63,635 bases of DNA, filler included, from Octopus bimaculoides (GCF_001194135.2; 8 parts of 8 records of this genome joined end to end with filler, not necessarily neighbours in it); one strand, 5' to 3'. Positions 36,279-50,047 are shown, numbered from the whole stretch's first letter. Numbers and translations are program-made. Notes: generated by a model not told the origin, from the letters alone.

Positions 36279-37360
36279 TTGTGTGTGTGTGTTTGTGTGC
36301 GTGTGTGTGTTTGCGAGCGTGCGTTCGAGCGCATATATATGTATGTCATGTGTACGTTTTACTGTACGAGTTATCTTTCCATTGGTCTGTCATTTCTGTA
36401 AAAAAAGGGACCAATCTATCTGCTATTCACCATCGTATGTCGTTCTCACTCACAACACGCCCGGAGACGAAATTTGCAAATCAAGCTGTTTTTTAAAAAA
36501 GAAAAAAACAACTTTATTTTTCTTTTCAAATATATTGACTTAATATTTGTTTTTTTGCTTATATATATTTTTTTTTCTTTTTTTTTTATATATATATGGG
36601 GCGGCATTCTGAAAGAACAAATAGTGTTCTCTTAAGTTTTCCTGTAACCAATCCAGTTGTGGCAGAATTTGTACGACGTCTGCTAAGGTATTTATGCTAT
36701 TATGCATTATTTTTTGTTGCTGCTGCTGTTGCTACTACTGCTGCTACTGCTGCTTCTGCTGTTTAGTCCAAGTTTAGTGTTGATCGAAAACACCTATGAG
36801 CAAAAACTGGTGTTCAATCCGTTCCAGCTATTCCTATTCTGTCTTCTACACAGATACGAGTGAACCTAGAACTACATTACGTAACATGCCCATTCAGTAG
36901 GATGTGACTCGAGAGGGATTATGCTGTTATTTCTAACCAGTCAAGCAAACTGAGTACAGGCTCTTCTGCTGGTTCATTTTTGTATTCGCTATTGTTGTTG
37001 TTCTTGTAGATTAATTCTAAATCGGCTTTAGTCAAGCACAAGTATGGTTGATTGTATTCCAGTTCTGATCATCCCGCCTTATTTCCCGCCGTAGTGTAGC
37101 CATGACTCTACGTCCTTATTTCGTTCAAGATGTTAAGGTGTTATTTGAGCGAGATATAGCTTTGCTGCTATTTCTAGTAAGTTGAATAACTATTTAGAAA
37201 TGGCACTTCTCAAACGCGGCTCCCAGGACCGCGTGTATATGTCTTCCCTCTATATATATATACAGCCCCTAAAGAAAAATCCAGGGTATAGATCTGAACA
37301 GACCCAAATCCTGGATATCAAAAAAGGTTGAGGAACACTGGTTTAGAGAGTTTTAGTTTT

Positions 37361-37526
37361 AGGAGTGGGAGTGTGGTAAGTAGCTTGCTTACTAAGCACA
37401 TGGTTTCGGGTCCAGTCCCACTGCGTGGCACCTTGAGCAAGTGTCTTCTACTATAGCCTCGGGCCGACCAAAGCCTTGTGAGTGGATTTGGTAGACGGAA
37501 ACTGAACGAAGCCCGTCGTATATATG

Positions 37527-37580
<54 letters not shown>

Positions 37581-37807
37581 CGTGTGTATATGTTTGTGTG
37601 TCTGTGTTTGTTCCCCCAACATCGCTTGACAACCGATACTGGTGTGTTTACGCCCCCGTAAACTAGCGGTTCGGCAAAAGAGACCGATAGAATAAGTACT
37701 AGGCTTACAAAGAATAAGTCCTGGTATCGATTTGCTCGACTAAAGGCGGTGCTCCAGCATAACCACAGTCAAAAGACTGAAAGAAGTAAAAGAGTAAAAC
37801 AGTAAAG
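37361..37807 (+). mobile_element. Family A SINE with an expanded internal (GT)n
   Basis: Colinear with 4649-5042; internal (GT) tract about 37533-37576. Confidence 0.9.
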
Positions 37808-38169
37808 CGGTTACTATGTTTGGAAAAAACACGGAATTATTACGGTTGAAATATTTTTCATCATAGATCTGCTTTATTAGGACTGTCGAACCAAGAAATA
37901 AAGGTCAGGCTTGGCGGAACACCGGCCACGTGGAAGGAGAGGAGCGGGAAAGAGGTCAGAGGGATTGGAGAATTAGGGAGGGACGAGAAAGAGAAAAAGA
38001 AAAGAAAGGGACAGAGTGAGGTACAAGGGAAGTAAAAGGGGAGTGGAAGTGATGAGAATGAAGAGAAGGCCAAGAAATGTGAGAGAGGTGGAGCGAGAAA
38101 AGCGAAAAGAACGAAGAAAATGTGAAGGGGACTAAAAGAAAGAGTAAAAGAGTCGTACAGAATATATAT

Positions 38170-38587
38170 GTATATATATATATATACTTGCATACAGGAG
38201 ACCAATGTCGGATGTTTTGTTGTTGCTTGTCACGTTCTTGTTCCGTTTTTTGTTTTTTTTCTTTATATATATTTATATATATTGGCGTAGGAGTGGCTGT
38301 GTGGGAAGTAGCTTGCTTACCAACCACATGGTCCCGGGTTCAGTCCCACTGCGTGGCATCTTGGGCAAGTGTCTTCTACTATAGCCTCGGGCCGACCAAA
38401 GCCTTGTGAGTGGATTTGGTAGACGGAAACTGAAAGAAGCCTGTCGTATATATGTATATATATATATATACTTGCATACAGGAGACCAATGTCGGATGTT
38501 TTGTTGTTGCTTGTCACGTTCTTGTTCCGTTTTTTGTTTTTTTTCTTTATATATATTTATATATATTGGCGTAGGAGTGGCTGTGTG
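38170..38587. repeat. Exact tandem duplication, period 284 bp (flank plus left arm of a family A SINE)
   Basis: CTTGCATACAGGAGACC...GGCGTAGGAGTGGCTGTGTG starts at both 38187 and 38471; runs into the scaffold spacer. Confidence 0.9.
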
Positions 38588-38687
38588 NNNNNNNNNNNNN
38601 NNNNNNNNNNNNNNNNNNNNNNNNNNNNNNNTTAATTAATTAANNNNNNNNNNNNNNNNNNNNNNNNNNNNNNNNNNNNNNNNNNNN
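38588..38687. other. Artificial scaffold spacer
   Basis: 44 N + TTAATTAATTAA (38632-38643) + 44 N. Confidence 0.95.
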
Positions 38688-38730
<43 letters not shown>

Positions 38731-39039
38731 CGACGGCCTTCTTTCAGTTTCTGTCTACCAAATCCATTCCAGTTGAATTTAAACTCAGAATGTTGAAGAC
38801 AGACAAAATGCTACTAAGCATTTTGCCTGGCATCTTAATAATTCTGCCACCTCACTGCCTTGCAACATGTAATAATAAGCTATTGGTTACTTTATAGTGA
38901 TGAAGTGCACAGAGCCAGAAACAGCCTATTTATAGATATGGATATATGAAGGCAGCATTTTAGTTAGAGTCTAGCTGAATGGTGCTTATATTTAATGGGG
39001 ATGTTATGTGGTGATGTTTCCTTGATATGAGCATCACTT

Positions 39040-39320
39040 GAGAGTTTTTTTTCTTTTAAAAGAGACAAGGTTGGCAAGGATTCCTTTGGAGGATTTCTCA
39101 ACCTTTCCATTTATGCAATCAATGCAGGTTTGACATGTGGCGATTGGGTTGTATGTAGATGATGCATGATTAAGGAACCATGGGGCAAAATGAAGAGTCA
39201 TATCATCTAAATATGATGTGTATCATTGATACGGATGTAAGTAAGTCATTTCTATAATAAAAGCAATGGCATTAGAGGGTCTTAATTCACAGCTGCTCCT
39301 GTTGCTAATTACTGAAATTA
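39040..39320 (-). mobile_element. Degenerate CR1/L2-like RT remnant
   Basis: Minus frame gives SYLDDMTLH (YADD-type motif) and GILANLVSFKRKKT; same type as 900-1200. Confidence 0.55.
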
Positions 39321-39441
39321 ATTATTTAATTTTAATATGAAATTTTTTTTTTGAAAATTTTAATCTATGTCCTTCTGTCCATCCGTCCGTCTGTCCGTCC
39401 GTCTGTCCGTCCGTCTGTCCGTCCGTCTGTCCGTCCGTCCA

Positions 39442-39502
<61 letters not shown>

Positions 39503-40102
39503 CTCTCTCTCTCNNNNNNNNNNNNNNNNNNNNNNNNNNNNNNNNNNNNNNNNNNNNNNNNNNNNNNNNNNNNNNNNNNNNNNNNNNNNNNNNNNNNNNN
39601 NNNNNNNNNNNNNNNNNNNNNNNNNNNNNNNNNNNNNNNNNNNNNNNNNNNNNNNNNNNNNNNNNNNNNNNNNNNNNNNNNNNNNNNNNNNNNNNNNNNN
39701 NNNNNNNNNNNNNNNNNNNNNNNNNNNNNNNNNNNNNNNNNNNNNNNNNNNNNNNNNNNNNNNNNNNNNNNNNNNNNNNNNNNNNNNNNNNNNNNNNNNN
39801 NNNNNNNNNNNNNNNNNNNNNNNNNNNNNNNNNNNNNNNNNNNNNNNNNNNNNNNNNNNNNNNNNNNNNNNNNNNNNNNNNNNNNNNNNNNNNNNNNNNN
39901 NNNNNNNNNNNNNNNNNNNNNNNNNNNNNNNNNNNNNNNNNNNNNNNNNNNNNNNNNNNNNNNNNNNNNNNNNNNNNNNNNNNNNNNNNNNNNNNNNNNN
40001 NNNNNNNNNNNNNNNNNNNNNNNNNNNNNNNNNNNNNNNNNNNNNNNNNNNNNNNNNNNNNNNNNNNNNNNNNNNNNNNNNNNNNGATCCCTTAATTATG
40101 TT

Positions 40103-40158
<56 letters not shown>

Positions 40159-40314
40159 AATATATAAAAATATATATAAAGGAGGTCACTAGGTGGACTG
40201 CTAATGTGCTAGAAGATCACATGTGACATTGGGATAGTTTTATCCAAGATACTCTGGTTTAATACATTATATTTTGGAGAGATATTTCTTCAAAAAGTAT
40301 ACTCTAAAACACCA

Positions 40315-40756
40315 AATAAGTTTGAAAATGGAGGGATTCTATGAATATAAATTAATTTATTAATTAATTAACATTGCCTACAAATGTTTCACTTCACACC
40401 TAATTTAAATTACAAAACATATATAATAATATAAGTTTGCATTTTGAGTACCCTGAGCAGAAGATCTTCAGAGCAAAATGGACATTACAGAGTTTACATT
40501 TTGATCAGTTGAAATACACCAATAGACTCTGTTAGAGAATTTCAGCAGTCTGTTGGAGTATTTCATCTGATCAAAATCTAAACTCTGTAGTGTCCATTTT
40601 GCTCTGAAGCTCTTCCACTCAGAGTACACAAAATGCAAACTTATATTATTATATATGCTTTGTAATTTAAATTGAGTGTGAAGTGAAACAATTCTTGGCA
40701 ACGTTAATTAATAAATTAATTTATATCCATTGAATCCTTCCATTTTCAAACTTATT
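40315..40756. repeat. Foldback palindrome, 442 bp (arms about 214 bp, loop about 18 nt)
   Basis: Hand alignment of 40315-40528 against the reverse complement of 40547-40756 gave about 20 mismatches and one 4-bp indel (about 90% identity). Confidence 0.93.
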
Positions 40757-41366
40757 AATAATATTATATATATAGTTTTGAATGGAAAGAGGTTACTCTT
40801 TCACAGGGATGTATTTTATCCAAGTGTACATTGGTTAGCTCCATATTGATTAATATACTTGGAATTCATTGATTTGTGTTATTGGATATTATATAAATGA
40901 ATTGAGTTTTCTGTGTTCAAATTCTCCAATTTTCTTATATTATATTATATATATATATATATAGATTTCACTTAGGCATAGCAAAATTAATAACCTGGTG
41001 TTAGAATCCAGTTTACATATGCTTCAGAATAAAGTGACAATCAAGTTGAGTGTAATATGAAACTACATGACAAAAGAACAGAAAATTATGCAATAAACTG
41101 GATTTTTACAGTCAGTTATTTATATGTACAATATTTTTTTAAATATGCTATTCTGTCTATTTTTTTCTGTATGCATATGAATAGTTATCTATATATGGGT
41201 CACCTTTGTACATACATGTGTATATGCAAAATTATCTAAATCTACATATTTCTGGGAGTGACTTTTATCCTTCAAACTTTATGCTCAATTTCTTATGTTT
41301 CAAATTATTTTATGGTTATCTTTGCATTATATGTAAATGCTTTCCAAAATAAACTTGCATTATATG

Positions 41367-41790
41367 TGTAAAAGTTTGATAGTTGTCATAGAGACTTTAG
41401 TCTCTCTCTATCACCTTTCAACAGCATTATATATGAAGAGACACTGGAACAATTTTACAACATAATAAAAATAAGTTTTATTTTTTTATGATGCTTGGTT
41501 TCATAATTTCTGTCATTCAGCTTAGCAGCCGCTGATTACGTTGTAATTTGGTATTGGAAGGTTAAGGGCTTCCTTGATGCTTGCCAGAGAAGCAAGTAGC
41601 TATCACCATCGAAGGCATCGAGGTGAAGAGTGCTTCGTTGAGGAGCGAGGAGTTGTCACGTAGAAGGTCTGTCGCGCAACTAAGAACCAATCAGGATGAT
41701 GGACAGAAGGGTCCAAGGCAACCGAAGGCTAGATGTTAGCAGCTTCGTTATCATTTATGATTGAATGCCCGAGAGAGAGGTTTCACTACA
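41367..41790 (-). mobile_element. Solo LTR (Gypsy-like), 424 bp
   Basis: Termini TGTA...TACA with a 4-bp TSD TATG (41363-41366, 41791-41794). The adjacent 33-bp unit at 41322-41354 shows the empty-site sequence. Orientation is tentative, from AATAAA position on the minus strand. Confidence 0.78.
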
Positions 41791-41827
41791 TATGTAAATG
41801 CTTTCCCAAATAACCTTTAATTGTGCT

Positions 41828-41866
<39 letters not shown>

Positions 41867-42057
41867 TGTGAACTACAAATCAAATTATGCCAAATGACAT
41901 AATGTAATGGTTACGTACAATAAGCACTCAGGTTTGTTTATCACAAAAACTACAACTTGAATAACTAAAACAAAAGTGGTATTATAACTGCCTAGCAATA
42001 AATGGTTATAAGTTGTTAATTATTGAGTGGGAAAATATATAATAGAAAGAAAAGAAG

Positions 42058-42480
42058 GTAGTTTTTGCATGTGGCAGATGCCCAGTAGCAATAAACACTG
42101 AAAATGTGCAGAGAACAACTTCCACCACATTCCAGGGAGAAAAACTAGAAGTAGTTGATAGCTTCCGTTACCTAGGTGACCAAGTTATTAGAGGTGGTGG
42201 GTGCTCTGAAAGTGTAGCTGCTAGAATAAGAATTGCCTGGGCAAAGTTCAGAGAAAACCTACCTCTGCTGGTGACAAACGGCCTCTCACTCAGAGTAAAA
42301 GGCAGACTGTATGATGCTTGTGTACAAACAGCCATGCTACATGGTAGTGGAAAATGGGCCATGACTGCTGAGCACATGCGTAAACTCACAAGGAATGCAG
42401 CCATCTGGCTCACTTGTCCCCAGTCAAACCGTCCAACCCATGCCAGCATGGAAAATGGACGTTAAACGATGATGATAATG
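42058..42480 (+). mobile_element. RTE LINE fragment with an internal deletion joined to its 3' tail
   Basis: Reads FQGEKLEVVDSFRYLGDQV...WAKFRE...LSLRVKGRLYDACVQTAMLHGS, then jumps to CCAACCCATGCCAGCATGGAAAATGGACGTTAAACGATGATGAT. Confidence 0.9.
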
Positions 42481-42550
42481 AAGAAAAAAAGAATGAAAAG
42501 GCAAGACATATGGTCACACTTGTTTTCTAATGTGTGTGTGTTTTTTTTGT

Positions 42551-42762
42551 TCTTTTGTTTGTCTCAGTCATTTGACTGTGGCCATGCTGGAGCACTGCCT
42601 TTAGTTGATCAAATCGACCCCAGGACTTATTCTTTGTAAGCCTAGTATTTATTCTATCAGTCTCTTTTGCTAAACCGCTAAGTTACAGAAATGTGGACAC
42701 ACCAACATCAGTTGTCAAGCGATGGTGGGGAGACAAACACAGACATATAAACATACACACAT

Positions 42763-42812
<50 letters not shown>

Positions 42813-42956
42813 ACACGTACAACAGGCTTCTTTCAGTTTCCGTCTACCAAATCCACTCACAAGACTTTGGTCAGCCCGAGGCTATAGTAGAAGACACTTG
42901 CCCAAGGTGCCACACAGTGGGACTGAACCCAGAACCATGTGGTTGGTAATCAAGCT
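42551..42956 (-). mobile_element. Family A SINE with internal (CA)n, cut by the spacer
   Basis: Reverse complement of the family A consensus. Confidence 0.88.
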
Positions 42957-43056
42957 NNNNNNNNNNNNNNNNNNNNNNNNNNNNNNNNNNNNNNNNNNNN
43001 TTAATTAATTAANNNNNNNNNNNNNNNNNNNNNNNNNNNNNNNNNNNNNNNNNNNN
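42957..43056. other. Artificial scaffold spacer
   Basis: 44 N + TTAATTAATTAA (43001-43012) + 44 N. Confidence 0.95.
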
Positions 43057-43307
43057 ATAGATAGATAGATAGATAGATAGATATTAAGTTATATCGGTAT
43101 AAAACTGGCGGTTTTTAACTTGGATACACGCTGGTATCGTAGAGCGTGTAGAGAGCAAGCCGGTATGCATGGCAACGTCAACCTTACTCAAAATAGAATC
43201 ATGGTTTTCTGAGGCCTTTGCATAAATTTGCAGATTCATGCACAAATTCTGCTACTGGAGGTTCTCTATCTATCAATCTCTCTCTCTCCCTCTCTCTCCC
43301 TCTCTCT

Positions 43308-43357
<50 letters not shown>

Positions 43358-43883
43358 GCATGTATACATGTATGTATATAGTTCACGTTGCTAATGATAG
43401 TTGTCAGTTCAACTTTTACATTAAGTAATGAACAAAGGAAGAAACTAAACTGCGGTGGAATGAATAGATAGTACCAACCCGCCCCGTCACCTACACGACA
43501 AGAACAACAACGGCAAGAAAACAAAGACAACACAACACCGTATTTGATAAAAAATTATATATTTGATTATTTAGAAAATGCATTGAAGGTAATCATGCGA
43601 TAGGTGTTATTGAGATACTTGGATGGTAATATATTATATTAACGTACAATGTAACAGATTTTCTACGATATTTTCATTATTAATAAGTCATATTAGGTTT
43701 TCTTATGGTAAAAAAGGAAAATAATAAATAGAAGGAAAAAAATCCATCCACGTTTTGCAATCTTGTTCATTTTAAAAAATCTTATTTTGGATACTTGTGT
43801 TAGATATATGTGTTAATAGCCTGAAATCTTGAGATGATATCGTGCGCTAAGCTGATATGTATCAACTGAGATTAGTAATATAA

Positions 43884-43922
<39 letters not shown>

Positions 43923-45311
43923 GACATTTCTCTTTTTGATACAAATGGAACATGATATGTACGGGAGGGCGTAATACTAGTAATAGTAATGATGATGTAA
44001 TATTATGCATTGATAAATTTCTTTGATTGCTAACATCTTAATAAACTAAATAAGTAATATATGCTTGGATTACCCACCCACCCAACATCGTCTTTATCGT
44101 CATCACAAACAACAAAAACAATATCATCATCATTATAAACAGCAACAAAATCAACTTCATAACCCCACCACTACTATCAGTAACATCACTGTAACCAAAT
44201 TTGTGTTCTGTCACTTTTATACACTGTATCTTGGGAGTTCGACGGACCTAATCCAAAGACTGTAATGAATTTAGATGGAATGAATACTGGAGAATATATA
44301 TATACTTGCTTTAAAACTCTTGAGGACGATGCCTAAGCTAGGCTATAGTGCAATCAATTAAACCAATACAAAAAGTTGAAACTATTTCAATTAAAAAGAT
44401 GTGTGCTAATGGTGCATGTGTAGAAAGTATAAAATTTCTTTTGTCCTATTTGACTGTTAAAAATGTAATTACCGGATACGCAGAGCTGTTTCTATGTCCT
44501 TGATTTGAGGAGAAGAGTCAGTTTTTGTGGCGCTTCGCAAAACATTCTTTTCGGAGGTCGATGAAATAAATATCATAAACGACAGCAATATTTAATGATT
44601 AATTAAAGTGCTTATTTGCACTCTGCTATATACATTCTTCTAATGAGGTGCTTCTTCGTGGTCGCTCTATCTGCAAGTAGTGGAAACCAAATTTCCTTCA
44701 AATTTACACATTGAAAAATGTCATCTTACATAAGCTGCATCTAAAAAAAGAAAAGGAAAGAAAAGAGGGGATTATCACAGCTGTAAGGGGATGTTGGCCA
44801 TAGGTTTTCTGAATCATATTCCGAGTCATGTTCTGGGGTCGATGTAATCAATTATCCCCTTTATCTTAAAAGAGTTGGACTTGTACTTAAATTACAAACA
44901 ACTTTATATGTCCCTGTTTAAAAATTAGATATGCAACAGCATAGTCTACGAACTTCAGGGAATACCAGAATTTGTTGATCTTTATTCTCCCGAGCGGCCC
45001 TGTTCCAGCAGATTAAAGCCATTCTCATCATGTCGATCAGCGGTTTTCTCTAATTATTCATCCAATGTATCCATTTTAAAAATACTAGAATGAGTTTAAC
45101 GCATATATATGCGTGTTATTTAGCGATAGCCTGAAACTTGATTCATCAGAAAAGAATTCAGTTCCAGAAAAGAATTCAGTTTGAGCAGGTACTCAGTTCT
45201 CCTTTTAAATCGCCTTTGAGGAAAGTTAACGTTTGAACACACTGTATGTGTGTGTATGTGCGTAGGTGTGTATGAGTGTGTGTGTATGCGTATGTGTGTG
45301 TACATACATTC

Positions 45312-45364
<53 letters not shown>

Positions 45365-45384
45365 GAGAGNNNNNNNNNNTAGAT

Positions 45385-45417
<33 letters not shown>

Positions 45418-45673
45418 GAGAGAGAGAGAGTGAGAGAGAGAGAGAGAGAGAGATAGAGAGTGAGAGAGAGAGATATCATTTGATCTGTGTAAACATAATG
45501 CAATAAAGATTTCCCCTGCTGAAGTGTAGTGGTTCAGCATCAACACGCATTTGGTATACTCACTGAACAGGATACAGATACCCACATCGGGTGAAACGTA
45601 CGTTAGAAACAAATAAAAGCTACATTTTGTTTCTTATCATTTATCGTAATTTCTGATGCATACATACATACTC

Positions 45674-45704
<31 letters not shown>

Positions 45705-45951
45705 AAATATACACACACAAACAGACACACACACACACATATATTGTTACAAATCTTGCATACAAATTTCTATTTAAATCATATCTAGGTCTAAAATACG
45801 TGATCGTTTTTCGATTTATGATAATGCTTATTATGCGAGTTCGATTTTGCCCGTTATTTTCTTTAAAAAACCCAGATAACAATAACAAAGCACATCTTTT
45901 CTTCTCACAGAAATCCTTCCATTATGATATCATTGTGATATTAAGAAATTC

Positions 45952-46067
45952 TTTCTTCTTCTTCTTCTTCTTCTTCTTCTTCTTCTTCTTCTTCTTCTTC
46001 TTCTTCTTCTTCTTCTTCTTCTTCTTCTTCTTCTTCTTCTTCTTCTTCTTCTTCTCTTGCTACTGCT

Positions 46068-46111
<44 letters not shown>

Positions 46112-46146
46112 TAATAATAATAATAATAATAATTATTATTATTATT
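45952..46146. repeat. (CTT)n followed by (ATA)n microsatellites
   Basis: Read directly: (CTT)n about 45952-46055, (ATA)n about 46068-46146. Confidence 0.95.
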
Positions 46147-46156
46147 NNNNNNNNNN

Positions 46157-46222
<66 letters not shown>

Positions 46223-47702
46223 TCTTTCTCTTTTCGTATGTATATATATTTATATATATATATTGCATATATTATTTTTATCTAGTCATCCACAGTATGT
46301 TTGTATGTTCGTGTTGTAGCATACGATTACCTCACGTAAATACACATTTACTCAACCACACATACTCAAAACATATCCTTCTTTATTATTGACAATGAAC
46401 ATGATTCAAACATGCTTGGATATTTTAGTAAAAGCATGTTTTTAATGCAATGCACCATTACAACTTACCATTCTGTTGCAGTAGACTGCAATGCAAGCAT
46501 TAATTTCTGCTTTCAAATATTGTAATATGTTAATGTACATATATACACAATATGTGTACATAACTTTTAAACAGTTGTTGAATTGCTATATTCTTCAGTG
46601 CGCCTCATCCTTTCGGGGTCTATAAATTAAGTACCAGGAACGTACTGGAGTCGATCTAATCGACTATACTCTTCCCCCAAAATGTTGGGCTTTGTGCCTA
46701 GAGTAGAAAAGATTCTTCAGTGCGTCCTGGATGAAAAATAATAGAAAATCGCTGCCGTTTATTTTCACTTACATTTTTGGCCCGATAAATATCCGTCTGA
46801 TACCCCTTTCGCCCAGTTCAGTGACACTCCACTCCGAATTCATATGCACGCGTGCATTTGTTTTAAACAACTGAGATAACTATTTGTTGTATTTATATAG
46901 ATGAAATGAATATAGTCAATTATCAAATAGCTGGGACAGGCCGTCCATAACATGATCTACCAATGAATACTTTGCCCTCCTTTTAAACCAGATAGTTTAG
47001 AACAGCAGCAACAGAAAGGGAGAATTTCATTGGTGGGAATCGAAATAACAGTTGAAATTTTTATGCATTGTTCTACAAATGTGTATGGACGCCTCTAAAT
47101 TCTCTTTTACTCTAATGGACTTTATGGCCATTTGATGTTTAAAAAAACTTCTACTATAGTTTTATAATTAAATATTATAAGGAATCATAAAAACGATTTG
47201 TTAAAATATTTTGTGTATTGTAGACGTATAACCGATTTATGGCACATAAATCTTAAACAATAAAACCTTATATGGATCCCAGGGGATCATTTGAACCCCT
47301 GTTGAAAACCGCTGATCTAATATCTGCTTTTAGCATGTTGAGCCATCGATCAACGTCTTGGTAGTTTCCAACTGTTGTTATTACACTCATCACATTTTAA
47401 TCTTGTTTAAATTTTTGGTATCATCCACCGTCATAATTGTTACTGTTCCTCTTCCTCTTCCTCTTTTTCATTCATTTTTGCCTTCCGTTAACCGAGTGTA
47501 AGGCATTTTCTTTAAAGAATGTTCAAATTATACACTTCGATAATCTTTAGACACATTTTCTTTGTTTTGTTTACCCCATTCATTGTAAGTAATTACTTGT
47601 TTTATGTTCTGTCCATGATATTCTCATAATCTCATGTTCTTTCTCATAATCTTACAAATGCTAAGGTATCAAGTGAAAAACATTATTATTGAATTGATAT
47701 AT

Positions 47703-48106
47703 TCTTTTATTCTTTTACATGTTTCAGTCATTTGACTGTAGTCATGTTGGAGTAGCGCCTTTAGTCGAACAAATCGACCCCCTGGATATATTCTTTGTAA
47801 TCGCAGTACTTATTCTATCGGTCTCTTTTGCCGAGCCGCTAAGTTACAGGTACACAAAACACATCAGCATCAGTTGTCAAGCAATGGTGGGAATAGAAAC
47901 ACAGACACACACACAAATATATATATAAAATATATACGACGGACTTCTTCCAGTTTCCGCGTACGAAGTCCACTCACAAGGCTTTACTCGGCCCGAGGCC
48001 CGAGGCTATAGTAGAAAATAATTGCCTAATGTGCCACGCAGTGGGACTGAACCCAGAACCATGTGGTTGGGAACCAAGCTTCTTACCACGCGGCCACGCC
48101 TGCGCC
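47703..48106 (-). mobile_element. Family A SINE, full length, diverged
   Basis: TTTCAGTCATTTGACTG ... CTTACCACGCGGCCACGCCTGCGCC. Confidence 0.85.
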
Positions 48107-48410
48107 TTGTATGTATATATATACGTATGTAAATATATATATATATGTGTGTGTGTGTGTGTTCATTATGCACGTGTATGAAGAAGTGTGTGTACATGTG
48201 CGTTTATTTTAGCTAAATGTTAGCTTACTCTAATATCTGCAAAATTAATACATGGGTATTTTTAAAAAATGGCTTTGTTTTATCTCTAGGTGCATTCATT
48301 CTTAATGCGTCTCACTTTTTTTCCTCCATATCATTGTTATATGGTACTATCTGATAATAATTACAAAACTACTAAAGAAACATATTTAAACTGCAAATCA
48401 TAATGAAGTA

Positions 48411-48445
<35 letters not shown>

Positions 48446-48690
48446 CGATGATGTTATGTTTCAGAAACGAAATTACATATTGGTCGAGCTATATATTTTT
48501 CTTAACCGCGCTAGATTTTTGGGTTTTTTTTTTTTGGTTTTTCATATTTTCTGCTATGCTTATAAGATATATTCTATTCAACAATGGGTCAACAGTATTT
48601 CCATATTCATTTTTATTTCCAATAATTTTTGGGGAATTCATTTAGTATATCTGTAATAGGAAACAATATTTCAGCGGTGACATATCACGA

Positions 48691-48763
<73 letters not shown>

Positions 48764-48990
48764 TTGTGCGTGTGAGTGTGTGTGTCTGTGTGTCTGTGTA
48801 TGTGTGTGTATGTATCTATATATAGGCGCATACACACACACACATGTAGCTGTATATCACGTTGGCTTCCATTTTTGTTGGCTGCTTAAGTAACACATGA
48901 TTTTTCTTCCTAATTTATCATATGCTTTCACCTATCTTTTTCACATACCTACAAAAGTAGCATTTATATATATATATATATATATACATT

Positions 48991-49039
<49 letters not shown>

Positions 49040-49246
49040 CTCCGTTCGTTCATTTTCTCTTACTCTTACTTTCTTGTCAGCAGCATTATCTCCATTTTCA
49101 TAATAGCTGGAACTTATTTTCTACTGAATATCCATTTCATCACTCTTCCTTTCTCCTATTGTTCGGTTGTTTTTCTATAATGTGAGTTTGTTTCATCAGT
49201 TTATCATTCTATCTTTTTATCTGACGGTCAATGAATTTATTCACCC

Positions 49247-49301
<55 letters not shown>

Positions 49302-49427
49302 ATCTAACCTACCTGTCTTTCTATCTGTCTGCTTGTGTCTGTCTGTCTGTCTGTCTGTCTCTGTCTCTCTCTCTCTCTCTCTCTGTTGCTATATATGTGT
49401 GTGTATGTAGTTATATATGTGACATAG

Positions 49428-49743
49428 CAAACTGTGTCCGTTACGACGACGTGGGTTCCAGTTGGTCTGATCAACAGAACAGCCTGCTCGTGAAATTAAT
49501 GTTACACAGAGTGTGACAAGGCTGGCTATTTGAAATACAGGTACAACAGAGACAGCAAGAAAGAGTGAGAGACAGTTGTAGTGAAAGAGTACAGCTGGAT
49601 TCGCTACCACTCCCTGTCGGAACCTTGTGGTGCTTTAGGTGTTTTCGTTCAATAAACACTCACAACGCCCGGTCTGGGAATCGACACGGCGATCCTACGA
49701 CCGCGTGTCAGCTGCCCTAACTACTGGGCCATTGCGCCTCCAT
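49428..49743 (-). mobile_element. Family C SINE, internally deleted
   Basis: Reverse complement of the family C head (...CTGGGCCATTGCGCCTCCA) and body; lacks the central segment present at 12090-12155. Confidence 0.85.
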
Positions 49744-50047
49744 AGTTATATATGTAAGGCTGATTTCTACTATGTGTTATTTCCTTAGCTTAGGTAGAAA
49801 GTATAGTGTTCGGTTTGTTGGAGATACAGTGACAATTTATAATCTAATTGTAGTAAAGTCAGTGATCAACTGGAGGATCACTTAATTTGAAGGATTCCAA
49901 TGCAGTTGCTGCAGGTTCCAGCGGTGTTTTTAATAGTGACAAGGGAGATGAAAATATTTAGTAGTGTTTCTTCATATAGCGTTTGCAAATAAACTGATAA
50001 TTGAGATATATATATATATATATATATATATANNNNNNNNNNNNNNN

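Noticed and set aside
46773-46870. Minus-strand exon-like segment (tctcag| ... AT|gtaagt) with one open frame
   Set aside because: No recognisable peptide and no partner exons; such signal pairs arise by chance at this scale.
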